From Bacteriovorax stolpii (lineage in GTDB: Bacteria > Bdellovibrionota > UBA2428): a stretch of DNA of 64,000 bases. This document shows positions 1 to 7,788 of the stretch, piece by piece (position 1 is the first letter of the stretch; the number at the start of each line of letters is the position of its first letter). Location of the stretch: positions 54,281 through 118,280 of the forward strand of contig CAMCVE010000005.1 of the NCBI GenBank assembly GCA_945881775.1, given 5' to 3'. The position numbers and the translations under genes are program-made. The notes beneath the pieces were generated by a model. It was not told the origin of the DNA. It saw only the letters and a list, made by a program, of their open reading frames with translations, and did no database searches.

Positions 1-6
1 GTCGAA

Positions 7-1557
7 GTGCCCCAACTTGGCGGTGGACTTGCCGCATTGCCGGCACCCTCTCAGTTCCAAGGTGCGGCCGCACAATTTGAATTTGAGGGCGGCGGAAACA
101 ACAACAGCACGATCGTAAACGTTCCTGTTCCCTACGATCCCCATGTGGCTCGGGGCACCTCCTCGCCCCATGGGGCAACCGCCTCTTCAGCGACTTACGA
201 GGCCTACAGCGCCGAGCCTGGCGCGGCTTCACGCACCGCGAGTTCACAAAACGACGAGTCCGAAGAGAAAGGTCCCCCTTGGCTCAGAAACGCCAAGAAA
301 AAGTATTCCGCGTTTCGTGTCGCTTGGTTCCAGCTGCCCAAGCAAAAACGCATCCTCTACGGAGGTGTTGGAGCCGTTATTCTAATCTTGGTCCTTTCGA
401 GCCTAGCGGGCTCACCCGCCGATGAGGCGACATCTACAGTTGCGGAGACTGTCGAAGAGAAAGCCAGCCCCGGCATCAACGTCGCGCAAAGCCCCGACAT
501 CTCACCGACATTCTACGCACTCAGCATCGACAAACAGAATACCATCACCAAGCTCTACGCAGAGGCAGAGCGCGCCATCTCCAAAAACGAATGGCAGGCG
601 GCTTTCGACTCTACGAGTAAGATTTTGGAAATGGTCGACAAGTACAAGAAATCCAAAGACATGCTTTTGCAAGCACAGTCGAACCTCAATGATGCCATGT
701 TCAACAAGATCTCTCCCGGGGTCGAGGATGCGGCCCAAGCTGCAAAAAGCAATCAGGAACAGATCGCGACGTTCATCGCGGCGGGAACCCAGGCGCTCGC
801 AGAGAAACGTTGGGATGCTGCCGAAACTTCGTTTACAAGTGCCCTCACATTGGACCCGACCACCAAGGAGGCGGAACTCGGGCTGATCGCTGCCCGTAAA
901 AAGAACACCTTGGCGCAAGCTGAGGGCGAAGACGAAGTTGTCGCAGAAGTGGCTCCTCCCGACCCCGACATGGAGGCCAAACAAAAAGAGCTGGACTCGA
1001 TTGAGGGCTATAGAGTCCAGTACCAGGTCGCAGAGGACAAAGTGCGCGCGGCCGAATACCACGATGCGATTCCGATTCTCGAGGAACTCTATGACAAGCT
1101 CAACACAAAAAGCGACGACTACAGCGCAGGTCGAGGGCCCGCTTCCATTCGCAGCGAACTTTCCATGGCTGTTAAAGCGCTCCAAAGCAATGTTCAAGAA
1201 GCCTACCAGAATGCATTTGCCCAGCTAGATGTCGAGTACGGAACACAGCTCGCAGATGCCGATCAATTTGTCGCCAACCGCCAATATGTTCAGGCTCGCG
1301 AAATTTACGATCAAATTATTGAACGCGCTCCTTACTATCACAATGTCAAAGATGCCCGCGATCGCCTTTACGAGAAGATTCTCAGTGAAGCGAAAGCTCT
1401 CTATCAGGGAGCACTCATCTACGAGTCTGTGGGAGACCTTCGGGCAGCAACATCGGGCCTTCAGAAGACATCAGAACTGCTGAATAACGTGCGTCGTTAT
1501 GAAGCGGTTGAATACCGCCAAAAAGCCGAAGCACGTCTGCGTTATCTGAAGCGTTGA
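7..1557 (+). CDS. Hypothetical membrane-anchored protein: Pro/Ala/Ser-rich N-terminus, one TM helix (ILYGGVGAVILILVLSSLAG), then a long helical/TPR-like periplasmic region. The reading frame is open to the window edge, so the true start may lie upstream.
   Basis: 516-aa ORF. No stop codon upstream within positions 1-6. Predicted TM segment. Repetitive A/E/K/Q-rich helical C-terminal part. No recognisable catalytic motif. Confidence 0.5.
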   Translation: MPQLGGGLAALPAPSQFQGAAAQFEFEGGGNNNSTIVNVPVPYDPHVARGTSSPHGATASSATYEAYSAEPGAASRTASSQNDESEEKGPPWLRNAKKKYSAFRVAWFQLPKQKRILYGGVGAVILILVLSSLAGSPADEATSTVAETVEEKASPGINVAQSPDISPTFYALSIDKQNTITKLYAEAERAISKNEWQAAFDSTSKILEMVDKYKKSKDMLLQAQSNLNDAMFNKISPGVEDAAQAAKSNQEQIATFIAAGTQALAEKRWDAAETSFTSALTLDPTTKEAELGLIAARKKNTLAQAEGEDEVVAEVAPPDPDMEAKQKELDSIEGYRVQYQVAEDKVRAAEYHDAIPILEELYDKLNTKSDDYSAGRGPASIRSELSMAVKALQSNVQEAYQNAFAQLDVEYGTQLADADQFVANRQYVQAREIYDQIIERAPYYHNVKDARDRLYEKILSEAKALYQGALIYESVGDLRAATSGLQKTSELLNNVRRYEAVEYRQKAEARLRYLKR

Positions 1558-1588
1558 GGATTCACCGCCACCCTTCTATACTGTAAAG

Positions 1589-2206
1589 ATGCTGCTCTCG
1601 CTGGCGCCGCTCGAATGCGGAGATTTGACTGGAATCCTCGTATTGCTTCATCGTCAATGGACCTCATCCGCTTCGGGTCAGGCCGAGGACGTCATTGGAA
1701 GCTATGGAGAAGCCTTGTTTCGTCTCCACAACGACACCGAGAGCACAAAGCCCTATCTTGCGAGACTCGGCTCCACCGTCTTGAGCGACCTCGAGTCCGC
1801 ATCTGAAATTTGTATGCGTCGTCTTCCCGATCGCTTCAGAAGAGGCTGCAGTCTCTTTACCTTGGCCCAAGACAGTCGCGCCTCAAAAATGCGTCTCCAC
1901 TACAAAATTCCACCATGGATTCATCTCACACTCGTGAACGAGGATCAGAATGCCTTCGAAATGAGTGGTGCAGAGGAATCTGCATGGAAAACCTTCGACG
2001 AGGCAAAAGGGCACGAGGCCCCTGGGCCTTGGCGCCAGGCCTTGCTAAATTTCTTTGCTCCACCTACGGCACCTAGTCTTCTCCAGCTTCAGCTTCCTTT
2101 GCCTCAAGGGATCACTCACTACCGGCTCGCAGAACTAATTCAAAGATCCACACTTCCCGCGCTTGCTCCTTGTTTTTCTCTGGCCCTCACAGGAAAAAAG
2201 GCGTGA
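1589..2206 (+). CDS. Hypothetical protein (205 aa), no recognisable domain
   Basis: Only sizeable ORF in a same-strand gap between two genes. Overlaps the next ORF by 7 nt. Composition gives no signature. Confidence 0.35.
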   Translation: MLLSLAPLECGDLTGILVLLHRQWTSSASGQAEDVIGSYGEALFRLHNDTESTKPYLARLGSTVLSDLESASEICMRRLPDRFRRGCSLFTLAQDSRASKMRLHYKIPPWIHLTLVNEDQNAFEMSGAEESAWKTFDEAKGHEAPGPWRQALLNFFAPPTAPSLLQLQLPLPQGITHYRLAELIQRSTLPALAPCFSLALTGKKA

Positions 2207-2859
2207 AACGTCCTCTTCTGATCGGCTCCTTGCTCGTTCTTGCCGCGACTGTCCTCAGTATTTTGGGCGTCCGCAAGGAAGAGTTTTTGGTTTCTGAGCG
2301 ATCCGGAGCACCAAAAAATTCTGAGATCGCCTCTTCAAAAGCCGAAGAACAAGAAGTTCTCTCCGGAGCTTCAGACACCTCCGCGGCTCAAGCCATTGAA
2401 CACACCCACACTATGCCCACTGAGGTTGAACTTGAGCGAGAGCTTCCTCAGCGTTTCGGAGTCGAGAAGATCCAAAGCACCGTGGAAGGATTCGAAGCAG
2501 GGATCGAAATCGACGGACTTCCTCTCTTGGGAGCTCGTCTGTTTGTCTCTTCAGGGAGCGGTGGGCTCCGACAACAGATTATTCCCGCGTTGCAGACGCC
2601 TCCCAGAGGCGAGCACAGCCGATCTTTTAACGCCGAAGTCGAAAGCAAAGCGCAAAAAGAGGCGAGTCTTTTGGAGAAGTGCAAAATTATTTCGATTGGG
2701 AAATCGCGCCAAATCTGGTTCAACGCCAACGATGCTGGAGTCGTGCCTGCCTATGCAATTGAAGTTTATGGAATTTGCTCGAGGGAGCGCAAGCGCGAAG
2801 ACTGGATCTACAGAGACCCCGACCTTGAAAGAATCGGGCGTATTCTAAACCGAAACTGA
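2200..2859 (+). CDS. Hypothetical signal-anchored protein. Probable GTG start at 2200; the ATG alternative is at 2170.
   Basis: AGGAAAA Shine-Dalgarno about 8 nt upstream of GTG 2200. N-terminal KRPLLIGSLLVLAATVLSILG hydrophobic anchor. No known motif. Confidence 0.4.
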   Translation, partial: GVKRPLLIGSLLVLAATVLSILGVRKEEFLVSERSGAPKNSEIASSKAEEQEVLSGASDTSAAQAIEHTHTMPTEVELERELPQRFGVEKIQSTVEGFEAGIEIDGLPLLGARLFVSSGSGGLRQQIIPALQTPPRGEHSRSFNAEVESKAQKEASLLEKCKIISIGKSRQIWFNANDAGVVPAYAIEVYGICSRERKREDWIYRDPDLERIGRILNRN

Positions 2860-2874
2860 ACTGGAACGCGTGGC

Positions 2875-3174
2875 TCACTCCTTAATAGGATTCTTCTTCG
2901 AATCGTCGATGAGCTTCTTGAGCTCTTTGCCGACTTTAAAGAATGGAAGTTTTTTCTCAGGAACTCCAACCGCAGTTCCGGTCTTTGGATTACGACCGGT
3001 GTAGCTCTTGTATTGCTTCACGTACCAGCTGCCGAATCCTCGAACCTCGATGCGGTCACCGTTCACCAGCGCCTCGAACATCGTGTCGAAACAACAGTTG
3101 ACGACCGCTTCGACCTTCTTCTTGGTGAGGTTCGTCTTCTCGGTGATGAGGTTTACTAGATCGGATTTGGTCAT
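2875..3174 (-). CDS. HU/IHF-family DNA-binding protein (IHF-beta/HU-like)
   Basis: 99 aa. MTKSDLV..ITEKT.LTKK.VE.VV start, then GFGSW...R.GRNP.TG...V beta-arm with a conserved Pro. These are classical HU/IHF signatures. Confidence 0.85.
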   Translation of the reverse strand: MTKSDLVNLITEKTNLTKKKVEAVVNCCFDTMFEALVNGDRIEVRGFGSWYVKQYKSYTGRNPKTGTAVGVPEKKLPFFKVGKELKKLIDDSKKNPIKE

Positions 3175-3230
3175 GGATATGATTGTGACAAAGATTCCCC
3201 AGACTGGGAAGAGTCAAAGTCTTTCAACTC

Positions 3231-4109
3231 TTAACGCTTGGCATTATTTTGCCAGTATCGAGCTCCACTGAGCGCCGGTAGTCTTTCGCGAAGCTCATTT
3301 TGAGCTGTCAGATCAATATCGGCTACCAAAAGTCCTTCTTCAGAGCCCGGAAGTTCGGCGACCGTCTCGCCCCAGGGACCGTAAATCACGCTATTGCCGT
3401 AACACTGACAAAGCTGGCCTCGTGAATCGGTGTGAAAACCAAATTGACCCGAGGCTACAACGAACGATTGGTTCTCAATCGCGCGGGCACGAAGCAACGT
3501 GTTCCAGTGCGCTTCACCGGTTTCTTGTGCAAAGGCCGCCGGCACGAGAAGTACACTCGCACCTCGTCCGAGCACCATCTCTCTAAAAAGTTCAGGGAAA
3601 CGCAGGTCGTAGCAGATGCTCATCCCCACACGCACGCCGTCAATGTCGACACAGTGAACCGAATCGCCCGGACTGATGTCGCGAGATTCCTCGTAGTGAG
3701 CCTGCCTTCCACGGAACGCAAAGAGGTGCTGCTTTCGATACACCACCATCGTTCCATCTGCCTTGCGAAGTAGATGGGCGTTGTAGGGGTGAGCTTCGTC
3801 ACCGCGGCATTCAAGCGTCGAACCCAGACTCACGGCAGCCGTCCACCCCCGCATGATCTCAGCCAACGCACGTGCAAATTCACGGTCAGGTAGAAGCTCG
3901 CCACGCTCCGAGAAACGCAGACAAATCTCTTTGCGATCGAAGGTCTCCGAGGTTTTTGGACCACGGTAAAAAACATTCTCCGGAAAACAAACGAGATCTG
4001 CGCCGCGCTCAACGGCTTCTTTCACGAAGGAATCGACGACAAGAAGGTTCTCCATCGGGTCTGCGCTTGAACACATCTGAACCAAAGCAATCTTCATTTT
4101 TTCTGACAC
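3231..4109 (-). CDS. Carbon-nitrogen hydrolase (nitrilase/omega-amidase superfamily)
   Basis: 292 aa. Glu-Lys-Cys triad context: VCFPE (Glu), RKQHLF (Lys), MSICYDLRFPE (Cys). Typical Nit-fold order. Confidence 0.85.
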   Translation of the reverse strand: MSEKMKIALVQMCSSADPMENLLVVDSFVKEAVERGADLVCFPENVFYRGPKTSETFDRKEICLRFSERGELLPDREFARALAEIMRGWTAAVSLGSTLECRGDEAHPYNAHLLRKADGTMVVYRKQHLFAFRGRQAHYEESRDISPGDSVHCVDIDGVRVGMSICYDLRFPELFREMVLGRGASVLLVPAAFAQETGEAHWNTLLRARAIENQSFVVASGQFGFHTDSRGQLCQCYGNSVIYGPWGETVAELPGSEEGLLVADIDLTAQNELRERLPALSGARYWQNNAKR

Positions 4110-5539
4110 TCCTCAGACGCCCAAATCAAACCCTGCGGCGGAACCCAATAGATGCTTCTCGCTGGAACTGCGATCCTCGAGGGCAGTCGCTCGTCCGTAA
4201 ATCCCCACTCGCGTCCTTCAAAGTACCACAGCGCAAAAGCTTCCATGCGGTAGACGTCGATCGCTGGCCTAGGAACAAGAACGCGACATCGCGCCGGGGC
4301 GCTGTTCACGCGTTCTCGGATCGCGATGAATTCTTGGCCGCGATTTTCGGTGCTGCTGATTCTTTCGCCTCGCACAATCACAAACGCAACCGCCGCGAGC
4401 AGAGAAACCCAGCGCAACCAAGGACTCACAAGCCACGGGAAGCGCGGAACAAGGAAACTGCGCGCGAGAAAATCTATCGAAAAGCCTGCGAGTGGGGCAA
4501 GAACCAGATAGGTGGGATGCAGATAATGTGGGAGTTTGTAAGATATTAGACTCAGGGGCACGATAAAGGCCGAGAAAAACGAACCCGAAACAAGAATCCA
4601 CCTAACGAGCGTCTTGTCACGAAAGCCTTCTTTGCCGCGAAAAGAGAGGACCAAAGTCATGGGAACCGCCCACCACCACGGCCAAAGGTTTTTTACGATG
4701 ACCTCGATATAATAGAAAAAATTATGAGCTTCACGGAAAAACTCTTCTCCACGATCTGTCGTGGCCGAACGGAAAACTTGTTTTACAAAATAGCCATGCA
4801 ACCACTCAAACAAGGCCGGCTGCTTCACGGCCTGCAGAAGCCAGTAAAGAAAGGGGAGCGCACCAAAGAAAAACAGGGAGAGCCCAAGAAACGGAACAAA
4901 GAAAAGTCTGCGCAGGGGTTTGTTCTCGAGGAAAAAATGTCCGACCACCGCGAGCAAACAGCCACCCCATGCGCCGAGTCCAATAACTCCTTTGATTGCG
5001 CAGGCGAGCGCGATTCCTGCCCCCATCATTAAGACACCACCGAGCTGAACAAAATTTCGGTTCGCGTAGAGATAAACGTAACAACCTAGGGCGGCTAAAA
5101 CGACACCCAGAGCAAGCGGTCCCTCCATCATCGACGTCGAAGCGTATTTGGTGAAATGTACTGTCGAGGTGACAGCGAGAACGGTCCAAGCTGCTACGGA
5201 CCAGCCCCAACTTCTCCAGGTGAAAATGGTGATCATAAAAAGTGCCATGAGTGCCGGCAGGGCTCCCATCGCTTTGGCGCTCCATTCATGAACTCCAAGT
5301 CGAGCCATCAGCCAAGCGCCCCATTGGAAGAAGTAAGGTGGATGCTCAAAGAATTTTGGAAACTTCTCTGCGCTCGCGGAAAGCATCCAGGCCTCGCCCG
5401 TATGGAGAATTTTTTGGGCGAGTCCTGCATAGAGGGCGGCATCCGGTTGCAAACCAATGACGCGGATCGAGGCAAACAGCGCCAGAATCGCGAGTGCACT
5501 TACCCAGGCCGCTTTTTCGAAGATAGAATAGTTTTTCAT
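4094..5539 (-). CDS. Glycosyltransferase family 39 (ArnT/PMT-like, GT-C fold) polytopic membrane protein
   Basis: 481 aa, more than 10 TM helices. N-terminal ..DAALYAGLAQKIL.TGEAWMLS...KFPKFFEHPPYFFQW..W signature of ArnT/PMT_2-type undecaprenyl-phosphate-sugar transferases. Overlaps the C-N hydrolase start by 16 nt. Confidence 0.75.
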   Translation of the reverse strand: MKNYSIFEKAAWVSALAILALFASIRVIGLQPDAALYAGLAQKILHTGEAWMLSASAEKFPKFFEHPPYFFQWGAWLMARLGVHEWSAKAMGALPALMALFMITIFTWRSWGWSVAAWTVLAVTSTVHFTKYASTSMMEGPLALGVVLAALGCYVYLYANRNFVQLGGVLMMGAGIALACAIKGVIGLGAWGGCLLAVVGHFFLENKPLRRLFFVPFLGLSLFFFGALPFLYWLLQAVKQPALFEWLHGYFVKQVFRSATTDRGEEFFREAHNFFYYIEVIVKNLWPWWWAVPMTLVLSFRGKEGFRDKTLVRWILVSGSFFSAFIVPLSLISYKLPHYLHPTYLVLAPLAGFSIDFLARSFLVPRFPWLVSPWLRWVSLLAAVAFVIVRGERISSTENRGQEFIAIRERVNSAPARCRVLVPRPAIDVYRMEAFALWYFEGREWGFTDERLPSRIAVPARSIYWVPPQGLIWASEECQKK

Positions 5540-5602
5540 GGATTCGGCCCGATCCCATTGTAGAGCCCAGACTGCGCACCCTCAAGATGGGCGGAGTGAG
5601 AT

Positions 5603-6259
5603 ATGAACGCTGATCTCGAAAGCGATCCCCTTAAGACGCGCTGCCTACCGGACAGTCTGTGTCTCAAATTGCCCGCATCCTTGGTCGAATGGGACCGATC
5701 GACTCGCGTGAGCTGCCACAAATCGATGGAGGCCCACCCAAAAAGTGTTGAGGCCCTGCGTTGGCTTGTTGAGAAGCCTCCGGGCATTTCCCTTATGGCC
5801 GTCCTGTTCTTGCTGCTTTTTTGGCGCCTCTTTCGATGGCCCAAGCTCCGTCCCGGCGAGATCCTGCGCAAGTTAATCTATCTTGTCGTTGGCGCGGGCC
5901 TCTCAGACCTTTTAGCGAGCAGTCTCAAAGTTGCCATCGGCCGACTCAAACCGCACGTGACGTTCTACAATCCTAACGTTCTCCCCGCCCTAAGCCTCCC
6001 CTCGAATCACGCCTTCAACACGGCCTTTATCTGTGTCTGGTTCTGTCTCGAGAGCGCTCGCCTCCAAGAAAAGTTTACTGGTGCTCGCTTCATTTTTGTG
6101 AGCTTTCTCTTCGCACTCGTCGCCTTCATCGACGTGAGCCGGATGGTGCTCGGTCAGCACTATCCTCTCGACGTGATCGGCGGAAATATCGGAGGAACTC
6201 TGTTTGCACTCATTTATTCGTTTTTGGTGAGTCGCGTGAGGTCCACAAAACCATTGTAG
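5603..6259 (+). CDS. PAP2-superfamily membrane phosphatase (LpxE/PgpB-like). The true start may be internal, Met42 or Met65.
   Basis: The three PAP2 motifs are present in order: KVAIGRLKP (KxxxxxxRP), PSNH (PSGH-like), SRMVLGQHYPLDV (SRxxxxxHxxxD). Divergent from the GT39 gene. Confidence 0.8.
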   Translation: MNADLESDPLKTRCLPDSLCLKLPASLVEWDRSTRVSCHKSMEAHPKSVEALRWLVEKPPGISLMAVLFLLLFWRLFRWPKLRPGEILRKLIYLVVGAGLSDLLASSLKVAIGRLKPHVTFYNPNVLPALSLPSNHAFNTAFICVWFCLESARLQEKFTGARFIFVSFLFALVAFIDVSRMVLGQHYPLDVIGGNIGGTLFALIYSFLVSRVRSTKPL

Positions 6260-7764
6260 GTAAATCCCAGCTTGCGTCCAATTTCGCCCCGAGCCATGTA
6301 GGACTTTGAATAATGATAGAGTGGAATGAGTGCAGCCTCTTTCCAAACCAAAAGATCTTCTGCTTCGAAAACTTTTTTCCAAAAATCTGAATCCGCGCGT
6401 GAGCTAGAGTCGAGAGCTGCGAGTTTTTGGTCGAAGTCCTTCGAAATCCATCGACCAAAGTTATTCAGATTGTTGCCCTCAAAAAGGCTCAGAAAAAACC
6501 GCGGATCCGGGTATACCGCCGTCCACGCGTATCGAAACACCTCGGTTGGAGACTTCTTCAGAACGTCGATATAATGATTCCACTCTTGCGGTTCGAAGAC
6601 CACCTCGAGCCCGAGTCGACGCTGCCAGTTGTTGGCCAGTCGCTCCATGAGCAACTGATGCCGAGATCCCGCTGGATAGCCCAATGCCAACTTCTTAGGA
6701 ACAGGTGTGTTTGCAGCGACTTCTCGCCAGAGACGTTTGGCCTCGACCACATCTTCGGTGTGCGTCCGACGGAATTCCGCAAGTTCCGAAGCAGGAAGCA
6801 GGTCGTCGGGATTTAAGGTGTAGGCAGCACGTTCGCCTCCTTGCAGCAGCGAGGGAATTTCTTCTCGACCCGCACTCAAAGCAAGCGCGCGCCTCAGGCG
6901 CACGTCTTGAGACCAAATCCCGCCCTTTCGAAAATCAAAAGCCACGTAGTAGGTCGCCATCATTGGAACTCGGTGAAAGTCGGGACGCCCTTTGAATTTG
7001 GGCAACAAGGCCTGAGGCACTTCGGTGAGAACCTCAAGGTCCCCTTTTTCGTACATGATGAGCGCGGTATCCGAATCGCGCACAAAAAGGAATTCGACAT
7101 TCGCTGAAAGAAATTGCGAAGGATCCACCGCGGCGATCTTGATGGAGCGCCCCCTCCGCCACTCTAAGAGACGAAAGGGGCCCGAGCTTATGCGGTGCTC
7201 AGCGTCGAGTCCTTCACGCCAAGGCGCGGTCCCTAAGAAAGCCAATGCGTTGAGTAGACTGCGGTCGCGGGGCTTAAGACTCGTAAGAATCAACTCACGA
7301 TCCGTGCATCGCAGTGCCGCCTCAAGTGCAGAGTGATCGCCGACAACGGCCGAAGAGTAGCCCTTGAGATTACGAAAAAGCTCGCTCATGGGACTCAGAA
7401 GGCCGCTGCCTTTGCCGAGCATTTTCAAAATACCCGCTCTGTAGTGACAAGCCGTTAGAGGAGCTCCGTCGGACCATTTTAGCTCTGCACGAAAACGAAG
7501 ACTGAGCTCAAAACCCGTCTCGTTCCAAGAGTAGGACTGCGCAGCATCAGCGTCCCAGTTTCCATCTGCCGCGAAGCGCAGAGGAGGACGAACCAGGTGT
7601 CGCAGAATTACCATCTCGGCACCCGTTTCGGCCAAGTAGGGACTCAGATGTGAAGGTTCCGACGACAATTGCACGCGAAGAGTCTCGCGAAAAGGAGTCG
7701 AAACTTTGGCGTTACACGCTGAGAGGCACAGCGTAGCGAGTCCTAGCATCACAGATATTTTCAT
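6214..7764 (-). CDS. ABC transporter periplasmic solute-binding protein, family 5 (peptide/nickel type), lipoprotein
   Basis: 516 aa. Signal peptide with lipobox LSAC. Length and overall pattern of SBP_bac_5 (DppA/OppA-like). Convergent 46-nt overlap with the PAP2 gene. Confidence 0.7.
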   Translation of the reverse strand: MKISVMLGLATLCLSACNAKVSTPFRETLRVQLSSEPSHLSPYLAETGAEMVILRHLVRPPLRFAADGNWDADAAQSYSWNETGFELSLRFRAELKWSDGAPLTACHYRAGILKMLGKGSGLLSPMSELFRNLKGYSSAVVGDHSALEAALRCTDRELILTSLKPRDRSLLNALAFLGTAPWREGLDAEHRISSGPFRLLEWRRGRSIKIAAVDPSQFLSANVEFLFVRDSDTALIMYEKGDLEVLTEVPQALLPKFKGRPDFHRVPMMATYYVAFDFRKGGIWSQDVRLRRALALSAGREEIPSLLQGGERAAYTLNPDDLLPASELAEFRRTHTEDVVEAKRLWREVAANTPVPKKLALGYPAGSRHQLLMERLANNWQRRLGLEVVFEPQEWNHYIDVLKKSPTEVFRYAWTAVYPDPRFFLSLFEGNNLNNFGRWISKDFDQKLAALDSSSRADSDFWKKVFEAEDLLVWKEAALIPLYHYSKSYMARGEIGRKLGFTYNGFVDLTRLTKNE

Positions 7765-7788
7765 CTCTCCCTGCTATAGTATTACCCA

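Noticed and set aside
502-1197. 231-aa minus-strand ORF and 154-aa alternative-frame ORF inside the first gene
   Set aside because: Both are embedded in or antisense to the 516-aa ORF. Their translations are compositionally biased, and no independent support exists.
3175-3230. Weak hairpin (AAGAGT-N12-ACTCTT) between the nitrilase and HU-like genes
   Set aside because: Short 6-bp stem, large loop and no U-tract. It is insufficient to call a terminator, and the genes may simply be co-transcribed.
3872-4549. 225-aa plus-strand ORF opposite the GT39 and nitrilase genes
   Set aside because: Arg-rich antisense shadow of two genes with clear family signatures.
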